From the IMG/VR virus record IMGVR_UViG_3300017830_000039: a DNA stretch of 64,000 nt, one strand, 5' to 3'. The DNA is from a virus. Below, one piece after another: positions 56,781 to 64,000 of this stretch. The position numbers and the translations under genes are program-made. Positions within the stretch are counted from its first letter, which is position 1. Each line of letters opens with the position of its first letter. A model generated the notes under the pieces. That model saw nothing but the letters and a program-made list of their open reading frames with translations, was not told where the DNA came from and did not search any database.

Positions 56781-57275
56781 TCAGTCCATTTCGACCAGCT
56801 TGCCGTCGATCGGGACAGTCATTCGCCGCCGGTATGCCTCTTTGAGGCGATATCCGTATGAGCTTTTCCAGCCCATGAGGTGGACCTTTTCGAGGAACTT
56901 TCCGTGGCTGCGGATGGCCTCGATCTTCCACCGGTAGACCGGATCCAGCAGGGCCAGGGGAGATTGCCCATCGCCATCCCGGACGACCATGGGCAGCGAT
57001 CCCCGATAGACGTAGATCTCGTTTTTCGGGTCTTCCTGCAGAAGGTCGAACAGCTCCTGATCGGTGGTGATGAAGGGCGTTCCCGTGCTACGCTCGGCGA
57101 GGTTCTCCCTCTGGCGGTTCATGCGGGTCTCCACGAAGGCTTCCCCGCGGGGGAGGATCTGCATCGGCCAGCCAGGCGCGATGAACCCGTTCTCGGCGAG
57201 AATATCGAGTGTGCGTTCCTGGAGTGGCAGGCGGCCGGTGAGGAGGACGTTCTGTTGTGCGGGGGTCAGTTTCAT
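56781..57275 (-). CDS. Hypothetical protein
   Basis: GGAG RBS before MKLTPAQQ. Confidence 0.65.
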   Translation of the reverse strand: MKLTPAQQNVLLTGRLPLQERTLDILAENGFIAPGWPMQILPRGEAFVETRMNRQRENLAERSTGTPFITTDQELFDLLQEDPKNEIYVYRGSLPMVVRDGDGQSPLALLDPVYRWKIEAIRSHGKFLEKVHLMGWKSSYGYRLKEAYRRRMTVPIDGKLVEMD

Positions 57276-57285
57276 GTCGTCTCCG

Positions 57286-57504
57286 TCAATCCTCGAACGA
57301 GCAGCTGTCACGCCAGCTCGACCAGTCGCCGCGCTGGGCGATACATGCTTCCTGGAGCTCCAGCTTCATGCGTTCGACGTGCTGTCTTTCGCGATGCGCA
57401 TGCATTTCGCAATAGGAGAGGGGACCCATGAACGCGAGGATCATGAGAGCCTTTCCGACATAGCCTGCGGCCGTCTTCGCTTCGAACAGGGTTTCGATGC
57501 CCAT
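57286..57504 (-). CDS. Small hypothetical membrane protein
   Basis: 72-aa ORF with one hydrophobic stretch. Confidence 0.5.
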   Translation of the reverse strand: MGIETLFEAKTAAGYVGKALMILAFMGPLSYCEMHAHRERQHVERMKLELQEACIAQRGDWSSWRDSCSFED

Positions 57505-57731
57505 GGAACCGGTCTCCGTACTTCTTGGTTGTGACCTATGCGAGCCGTATTTTTTCGCAAGACCGGCCCCCTTTCGGGAAACCGGTTTTCATATTGGGGA
57601 GGGCTTTGTTACCAGGGCCGTCAAATCTGAAATCGGGCGTTCCGGGTCATGGATCAGGGCGTCAGTCTCGACATGCGCACCCGGGTCACGCGCCCGGGCG
57701 GGCGTGCTTGTGCATATTGAGAGGTTTACTC

Positions 57732-59372
57732 ATGACGGATGCCTCCACAGACATCGGCATCCCGGAACCCGAGGGTGCCAGCGAGGTCATCGACACCGAT
57801 TACGAGATCGGCCAGGACAACATCCAGGCGCAGGTCGGGCCCTTCGGACTGGATGTCCATAACCCTGTCTTTCTGATCTCCGGACTTTCGGTCGTGGCCT
57901 TCGTGTTCTTCACGCTGGCTCTTCCGGATCTGGCCGCGGGGATCTTCTCCGCGATGTTCGACTTCACGACCAAGAATTTCGACTGGTTTCTCCTGGGGGC
58001 CGCGGACATCGTCGTGATCTTCGCCCTCCTGCTGATCGTGACGCCCTACGGATCGGTCCGCCTCGGGGGCACCGATGCGACGCCGGATTACGGCTATCCC
58101 GCCTGGTTCGCGATGCTCTTCGCGGCCGGCATGGGGATCGGCCTGATGTTCTACGGCGTCTCCGAACCCCTGACGCATTTCTCGACGGCCTTCGGGGAGC
58201 TCGCAATCACCAACGACCTGCGCACTGACTGGGCGCCGCTGGGTGCCGCATCCGGAGATGAAGCGGGGTCCGTGCGCCTCGGCATGGCCGCGACGATCTT
58301 CCACTGGGCCCTGCATCCCTGGGCGATCTATGCGACGGTCGCGCTCGCCCTGGCGCTCTTCACCTACAATAAGGGATTGCCGCTGACGATCCGGTCCGCC
58401 TTCTACCCGATCCTGGGTGACAGGGTCTGGGGCTGGCCAGGCCATCTGATCGATGTGATCGCCGTCTTCGCGACCCTCTTCGGGCTGGCCACCTCACTGG
58501 GCTTCGGGGCAACCCAGGCCAATGCCGGGCTCAACGCGCTCTTCGGCATTCCAATGGGCACGACATCGGAGGTCATCCTGATCACCCTAATCACCGCGGT
58601 GGCGCTCATCTCGGTCTTGCGGGGTCTTGATGGCGGGGTGAAGATCCTCTCGGAAATCAACATGGGTCTCGCTGCCCTGCTTGCGGTCTTCGTTCTGATT
58701 GCCGGTCAGACGCTGTTTCTGATCACGTTCTTCTGGGACAGTCTTCTGGCCTACTTCACTTTCCTTCCGGCGCTCTCCAATCCGTTCGGTCGGGCGGACG
58801 TCAGCTTCAGCCAGGGCTGGACGGCCTTCTACTGGGCGTGGTGGATCAGCTGGTCGCCCTTCGTGGGGATGTTCATCGCCCGGGTCAGCCGCGGCCGCAC
58901 GGTACGGGAGTTCGTGACCTGCGTCCTTCTGATCCCGTCCTTCGTCTGCGTGGCCTGGATGTCGATCTTCGGTGGCGCTGCGATCCATCAGGTCCTGGCC
59001 GATGGCTACACGGCCGCCCAGGAAGCAGAGCTGCCACTGCAGCTCTTCCGGATGCTGGATGCGCTGCCCTTGGCGGGGATCACGTCCTTCATCGGCATCG
59101 TTCTGGTCATCGTCTTCTTCGTGACATCCTCGGATTCAGGCTCGCTTGTCATCGATACGATCACGGCGGGCGGCAAGATCGACGCGCCTGTTCCGCAGCG
59201 GGTCTTCTGGTGCATCTTCGAAGGGGCCGTGGCCATCGCGCTTCTCATCGGTGGCGGTCTGGCGGCGCTGCAATCCATGGTGATCTCCACCGGCCTGCTC
59301 TTCACGCTGGTCCTCCTGGCGATGTGCTGGTGCATCTTCCAGGGCCTGCGGAGTGAGCGCGCGGAGATCTGA
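57732..59372 (+). CDS. BCCT family (betaine/choline/carnitine) transporter
   Basis: WFAMLFAAGMGIGLMF, FHWALHPWAIY, WTAFYWAWWISWSPFVGMFIARVSRGRT and FFVTSSDS motifs. Confidence 0.95.
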   Translation: MTDASTDIGIPEPEGASEVIDTDYEIGQDNIQAQVGPFGLDVHNPVFLISGLSVVAFVFFTLALPDLAAGIFSAMFDFTTKNFDWFLLGAADIVVIFALLLIVTPYGSVRLGGTDATPDYGYPAWFAMLFAAGMGIGLMFYGVSEPLTHFSTAFGELAITNDLRTDWAPLGAASGDEAGSVRLGMAATIFHWALHPWAIYATVALALALFTYNKGLPLTIRSAFYPILGDRVWGWPGHLIDVIAVFATLFGLATSLGFGATQANAGLNALFGIPMGTTSEVILITLITAVALISVLRGLDGGVKILSEINMGLAALLAVFVLIAGQTLFLITFFWDSLLAYFTFLPALSNPFGRADVSFSQGWTAFYWAWWISWSPFVGMFIARVSRGRTVREFVTCVLLIPSFVCVAWMSIFGGAAIHQVLADGYTAAQEAELPLQLFRMLDALPLAGITSFIGIVLVIVFFVTSSDSGSLVIDTITAGGKIDAPVPQRVFWCIFEGAVAIALLIGGGLAALQSMVISTGLLFTLVLLAMCWCIFQGLRSERAEI

Positions 59373-59843
59373 GACCCATCCAGAGGCCAGGCGGGGTACC
59401 GCCTGGCACTCCTCGCCAGCCGATAAGTCGACGCTTAACCCGGTAAAACCCGGTGTTCGTGTCCAGATAAATTTGGAATGCCGAAAGGGGAGGGATCGCC
59501 GTGCTGTGCGAATCCGACCCGGGCCCGTCATCTTCGGGCCTCAAAGCATGTGCTGGCATACTGCCTCATGCGGGACTTCCTATATGGTATTGATCTGCGT
59601 TTTTCGCAAGCTCTGTTCTTCGATTTCTGGGCTTCTTGGGGGACTTTTTCCTGCTGTGATAGTCCTGCCATTCTGCGTTTGACGTGCTTGATTCTGCTCG
59701 CCTTGGTCTTCTTGCGGTCGTCGTTAATCTTTTCCGCTCCTGTCATCCGCCTTATTGAACGATGTTGCATAACCCTCCGATCGGGCTCCGCGCGAGGCAC
59801 CCGCGCCGCCTCTTCGATGCTCCGTGACGGCGACCGGCTCCGG

Positions 59844-60280
59844 ATTCTGTAACGCGGGAGATCCCCGAAGAGCTCTTCGGCGTGGTCGAGGCGCATTTCG
59901 TAACACAACAAACTCGCCACAAAACAGGAATTGCTTTTCAAAAGGGATGCGAAAACGCGATCGTTTAACATGCATTTTCCGATGATTCTGTAACGCATGG
60001 GCAGGGAAAAGCGGTCGTTTTCCGCATTTAATCCATTAAAATCAACGCTGTAACGGAAATTCGGCTCCGTTACGCCCTCTGTTGCGCTCTAAGGTGCTGA
60101 TTTTGCTAAGGAATATCTATCTATCTCTATATGTAACGTAAAATAATGAATGTCCACGTATATGCGCACGCCCAGGCAGGCGCACGCACATGCGCGCACG
60201 CACACACGCAAGGACATATATCTGAGCGTTACGCGTTACATATGCTAAGTATATGATTTCAAACGAAGGTTTTGTAACGC
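59844..60280. repeat. AT-rich region with about nine dispersed (T/C)GTAACG-type repeats in both orientations
   Basis: Copies at 59849, 59899 (variant), 59989, 60049, 60132 and 60273 forward; 60068, 60226 and 60233 reverse. GATTCTGTAACGC is exact at 59844 and 59984. Confidence 0.75.
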
Positions 60281-60434
60281 CTAGCGTTTCGCAACTTATT
60301 TCATGCGGATTTATCAAGCAAATTCAACGACTTGAGGCGCAACAGTGCAGCGCCTCAGTTAATCGCGCCTTCCGCCTTTCAGTCTTGCGAATTAGTCTCC
60401 ATCGGAAAAACCAGAAGGCAAGGATTCCTGCAGC

Positions 60435-61364
60435 ATGGACATCTCCAGGCGAGGTCATTTGACCCCATCCGAGAAGACACTCGTTTCTCAATCTCTCCAG
60501 ATCCACGTCCTCGACGCCATCGCGCGATCGGTGCATGACATGCCGGGCCGGCTGATGTTCCATGGCGGCACGTCGATCTCGACGGTCCACGGCTCACCGC
60601 GCTGGTCCGAGGATCTCGATTTCATGATCAACCCGGATATGTCCCGCGAGCTCGATGCCGTCCGCGGCGTCATCGAAGAGCATGCGGCCGAGCGGATCGC
60701 CGAGTTGACCCCGGGCGCAACCTTCGAGCTGATCGACAAGGGCAAGGCACGGGGGAAGGTCCGGGAGGCGGATCCCGGGACGGTGATGAGCTGGACAGGG
60801 CGCTGGTCGCACCCCCTGCGGATCGGTGTCGTGAAGATGAAGACGGAGTTCTACATCGCGGAGCCCGAGGCGGCCGCGCGGTACCGCACCGAGATGGCGA
60901 AACCCTCCGCCGTCGGCCTGAGGGCGCAGGACAGTATTCCGGCAGCAACCCTGCACACGATCTGGGCAGACAAGATCATGGCCATGTCCGCACGCCCCAC
61001 GATGAAGTGGCGCGACGTCTACGACATGGGCTATGTCATGAATCACATCGAGGACGTGACGACCGACGGTCTGTTCGAACGCCTGCAGGTCGCCTGCAAA
61101 TCCTATCGCAGCGATATGGGCGCCATCCATGCGGGCCTCGACCGGGATTATCTCGCGACCCTGGCCGACCGCTATGACGAATTCGAGGAAGACATGCGGT
61201 CCTGGCTGACCCCGGACGATTTCGTCTTTCACAGGCAGCAGGGACGCCTTGAGCAATATCACGATCTCTGTGTCTCCCAGATCGCCTATGCAAGGGAGAT
61301 GATCGCCGAGCGGGCGCCTGAGGTGGTCGAGGCCAACAGCGAGGATTACTCATGCGGATTCTGA
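60435..61364 (+). CDS. AbiEii-like nucleotidyltransferase (type IV toxin family)
   Basis: LMFHGGTS-x5-GSPRWSEDLDF and ADKI-x-A...KWRDVYDM motifs. Confidence 0.85.
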   Translation: MDISRRGHLTPSEKTLVSQSLQIHVLDAIARSVHDMPGRLMFHGGTSISTVHGSPRWSEDLDFMINPDMSRELDAVRGVIEEHAAERIAELTPGATFELIDKGKARGKVREADPGTVMSWTGRWSHPLRIGVVKMKTEFYIAEPEAAARYRTEMAKPSAVGLRAQDSIPAATLHTIWADKIMAMSARPTMKWRDVYDMGYVMNHIEDVTTDGLFERLQVACKSYRSDMGAIHAGLDRDYLATLADRYDEFEEDMRSWLTPDDFVFHRQQGRLEQYHDLCVSQIAYAREMIAERAPEVVEANSEDYSCGF

Positions 61365-61726
61365 CGGGAGGGCATGCGGTCTGGATGGGAGGGTGGTCTG
61401 GCCAGGTCCATCACCATCAGGACGTGATCGGACCCGAAGGCCTCGATCGCAAGGCCTCCGTGCTCGCCGTCCTACGCGATGCTGCCGCGGAACTCTCTCC
61501 CGGCACCTTCCTGCTTCCTCCGGCCCATGCCCTCGCCGATAGCCTGATCCATGGGGATCACCGCGTCATGCCGCCGGACGAGATCGATCCGGACTATCTC
61601 GAGAAGGATGAGCGTCAGACCCTGCGGGATGCGCTATCGGAGCTCGGATGCAGCGGCGAGGAGGCCGAGGCGTTGGCCTCGCCCTATGATGCCGTCCTTG
61701 GTGTCTCCCCTGATCCCAACCCGTAA
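61352..61726 (+). CDS. Hypothetical protein, possible partner of the AbiEii-like gene
   Basis: Overlaps the upstream gene by 13 nt; PAHALADS...PPDEID motif. Confidence 0.6.
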   Translation: MRILTGGHAVWMGGWSGQVHHHQDVIGPEGLDRKASVLAVLRDAAAELSPGTFLLPPAHALADSLIHGDHRVMPPDEIDPDYLEKDERQTLRDALSELGCSGEEAEALASPYDAVLGVSPDPNP

Positions 61727-61839
61727 GACGCGCTGACCCAGACGCCTCTGTTCCGCGAAATAATCCCGGTTTGTCTTGAAACGGGACGGATTTGCGCTGA
61801 CATTGCAGACAGTCTTTTTCGCAAGTGAGTATTCCGTCG

Positions 61840-62163
61840 ATGTCCACGCCCTACAGCTTCAATATTCGCATCACGGTCTCCAATGAGGAGGGCCATGAGG
61901 ATGTGATCTTCGAGGAGGCCGTCACGGTCGCCGACGAAGAGGACCTTCTGGGCACCAAGGTCGCTCGGGAATGGACCAAGGCGGCTGCCATGTCCGACGA
62001 GCGGGCGGATGACGGAACGGATTGGGATGTCGACATCGAATGTCTGTCGGTCATCGAGCCGATGTCGGGACGAACCGACTGGGAAGACGATATGCTTCCG
62101 CAGCGCGATGAGGTGACGGCCTTTCTCTCCGAGCAGCTGAACGCCATGGCTCCGGAAGGATGA
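61840..62163 (+). CDS. Small acidic hypothetical protein
   Basis: Coupled to the downstream gene by an ATGA overlap. Confidence 0.68.
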   Translation: MSTPYSFNIRITVSNEEGHEDVIFEEAVTVADEEDLLGTKVAREWTKAAAMSDERADDGTDWDVDIECLSVIEPMSGRTDWEDDMLPQRDEVTAFLSEQLNAMAPEG

Positions 62164-62711
62164 CGACGCGCACCTCACGGACCGACCCGCTCAGGCTGGA
62201 CTGCCTGCCGCTGGAGCGTGGAGTCCTTGCCATGACCATCTGTCCCGGCAAGGTCGGCCCGTCCATGAGCGGCACGGCCTGGAGGCGTGATCTCGAGGCG
62301 GACATGGAGCTGATCCGATCCGAGGGCGTCGCCGCGCTGGTGACGCTCATGGAGCCCGACGAGATGGCGCACTACCAGGTCGAGGGTCTTGGCGCATCGG
62401 CTGACAGGCGCGGCATCGCATGGCTTCACTTCCCGTTTCCCGACCGGGGGATCCCCGGAGACCATCAGCGGTCAGACTGGCGGAAAATCTCCGGCAGGAT
62501 CCATCAGGTCCTGAAGGGAGGCGAGACGGTGCTGATCCACTGCCTCGGTGGTCTGGGGCGGACGGGGACCGTCGCCTCCATGATCCTGCAGGACCTGGGG
62601 TCGGATGTATCGACCTCCATCGCCCGGCTCAGATCGGTTCGCGACGGAGCCGTGGAGACCGAGGGTCAGGAAGCCTTCCTTGACGGATATGCAGCATGGA
62701 GAGACGCATGA
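62160..62711 (+). CDS. Protein-tyrosine/dual-specificity phosphatase (CDKN3-like)
   Basis: IHCLGGLGRTG CX5R loop; CPGK...W-x-RDL-x-x-D N-terminal motif. Confidence 0.9.
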   Translation: MTTRTSRTDPLRLDCLPLERGVLAMTICPGKVGPSMSGTAWRRDLEADMELIRSEGVAALVTLMEPDEMAHYQVEGLGASADRRGIAWLHFPFPDRGIPGDHQRSDWRKISGRIHQVLKGGETVLIHCLGGLGRTGTVASMILQDLGSDVSTSIARLRSVRDGAVETEGQEAFLDGYAAWRDA

Positions 62712-63703
62712 TGACAGCGCGACAACGACCACCCGCATCCGGGTTGGTCACGTTCCTTTTTGCCGTCCTCCCTGTGGCGGCAATGGCCCAGGGCATCGAA
62801 GGAAGTCAGGTCCTTTCGGTAGGGCAGGCCGAAATCGGGTCTGTTCAGACAGGATCTGCACCGGCGCATTGCACCGGTACACTCCTTGCCCCCGATGTCG
62901 TGTTGACCGCCCTGGATTGCATCGACGACGCGGAAGAAGAGGCGCGACTGTCCTATATGCCGGGCATGAATATCGCGGCCGGTCCACAAGCGGCGACGCC
63001 ACACCCGCGTGAGTTTGCGGTTGCGCGCCTGGAGGGTGCGGATGCCGGGATCGGGCTGTTCCAGATCGGACGAATCGAAGGGCGGGATCTTCCGCCTTCG
63101 ATCGGCTGGCCGGAGGCCGAGAGCCAGGCGCAGGCCGGAGATCTTGTCGATGTCATCCATTACGCTGGCGCCGATGGCGCCGCACAGGTCAGGACGCAAT
63201 GCGTGTTGACGGGGTATGGCCTGGATACAGGATCGCTGTCCTGTTCCCTGCCTGACGCCGCCAAGGGCGCGCCGGTCCTGTACGACGGACAGGTCATCGG
63301 CGCGGTGACCGAACCACGCGATGTCGATGGCGCCGCCTTCGGCCGTCTGCCCGATGCGGACTTCACCCCCGAGAGACGGGATCTCGAAACCATCGCGCCA
63401 TTCGGGTCGGTGAACGTGCTCAATCTCTGCGATCAGGATGTACATCAGGGCCTCTTCTGGCTCGATGCAGATGGCAAGACCTGGATGGACCTGGCCCGTC
63501 GGGTCCCCGCCGGTGCGCGCATGTTCCTGCCGGTTGAAACCGTCGGGGATGCAATCTTCATCTATGGACGATCCGATGATGGAACCCGTGAATGGCGCGG
63601 TGACGACATCACGGTCCGGATCAAGGGCGTTGACCTGCCAATGCGCAAGCTCGACATGCCGCGGCCAACCGGCGATCTCACGATCGTCTACGACTGCGAA
63701 TAA
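62708..63703 (+). CDS. Secreted trypsin-like protein with degenerate catalytic residues and a C-terminal extra domain
   Basis: Signal peptide; HCTGTLLAPDVVLTALDC (His absent) and DAAKGAPV (Ser absent). Confidence 0.7.
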   Translation: MMTARQRPPASGLVTFLFAVLPVAAMAQGIEGSQVLSVGQAEIGSVQTGSAPAHCTGTLLAPDVVLTALDCIDDAEEEARLSYMPGMNIAAGPQAATPHPREFAVARLEGADAGIGLFQIGRIEGRDLPPSIGWPEAESQAQAGDLVDVIHYAGADGAAQVRTQCVLTGYGLDTGSLSCSLPDAAKGAPVLYDGQVIGAVTEPRDVDGAAFGRLPDADFTPERRDLETIAPFGSVNVLNLCDQDVHQGLFWLDADGKTWMDLARRVPAGARMFLPVETVGDAIFIYGRSDDGTREWRGDDITVRIKGVDLPMRKLDMPRPTGDLTIVYDCE

Positions 63704-63736
63704 TCGAAAGACACCCATAACGGTGAAAGGCAAAAC

Positions 63737-64000
63737 ATGACGGATCGTGGTTCCCGTATTCTGATTCCGAGCGTCGATCAGATCGTCGCCCTGCATGACC
63801 AGGTGGTCGCGCGGACCGGTGGCGCATCGGGCATCCGTTCCATCGAGGCGATTGCCGGCGCCTGGGGAAGGGCCGAGACCCGTCGGCACTATCAGGACGA
63901 TGTCGTGGCGATCGAACTTGCATCGACCCTGGGCGTCTCCATCGCCAAGGCCCATGGCTTCGTGGATGGCAACAAGCGGGCCGCCTATGGGGCCCTGAAC
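63737..64000 (+). CDS. doc: Fic/Doc (death-on-curing) family protein, partial
   Basis: Hand translation MTDRGSRILIPSVDQIVALHDQVV...GG-x-x-GIR...AKAHGFVDGNKRAAY; runs off window end; not in the ORF track. Confidence 0.88.
   Translation, partial: MTDRGSRILIPSVDQIVALHDQVVARTGGASGIRSIEAIAGAWGRAETRRHYQDDVVAIELASTLGVSIAKAHGFVDGNKRAAYGALN

Noticed and set aside
58590-58601. TCACCGCGGTG in the BCCT gene
   Set aside because: Imperfect flanks and 56 kb from the rep operon; probably chance in GC-rich coding DNA.
59528-59998. Basic minus-strand ORF next to the iteron region
   Set aside because: Atypical composition, no motif, and it overlaps the repeats; left uncalled.
1-64000. CRISPR array, IS elements, rRNA, conjugation or phage structural genes
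   Set aside because: No regularly spaced repeat-spacer units, transposase motifs, rRNA signatures, or T4SS/capsid motifs were seen.

Overview
GC-rich alphaproteobacterial (Rhodobacteraceae-like) extrachromosomal DNA, most likely a megaplasmid or chromid. The window opens with a complete repABC replicon (repA-repB-ctRNA-repC, four parS-like palindromes) followed by a tyrosine recombinase that runs off the left edge. Most of the rest is hypothetical genes plus a large DNA-metabolism set: GapR, orphan methyltransferase, dUTPase, RecJ, DinB, UmuDC with a LexA box, an SNF2 helicase split by a LAGLIDADG intein, a type IA topoisomerase, a Strawberry-notch helicase, a PcfJ-like protein and SbcCD. It ends with a BCCT transporter, an AbiEii-like gene and a Doc-like gene. 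No conjugation, capsid, rRNA, canonical tRNA, IS or CRISPR features were seen. The most notable signals are absent from the ORF track. (1) A complete two-piece, circularly permuted tmRNA at about 12594-12990, encoding the tag ANTNEAPRALAA. (2) Directly upstream, a 129-nt tRNA-shaped RNA with its own promoter, a non-canonical anticodon arm and two extra tetraloop hairpins in the variable region. (3) A TTTTCGCA(A) motif recurring about 30 times, mostly at gene boundaries. (4) An AT-rich cluster of GTAACG repeats near 60 kb. All calls come from reading the sequence by eye; no searches or folding programs were run.
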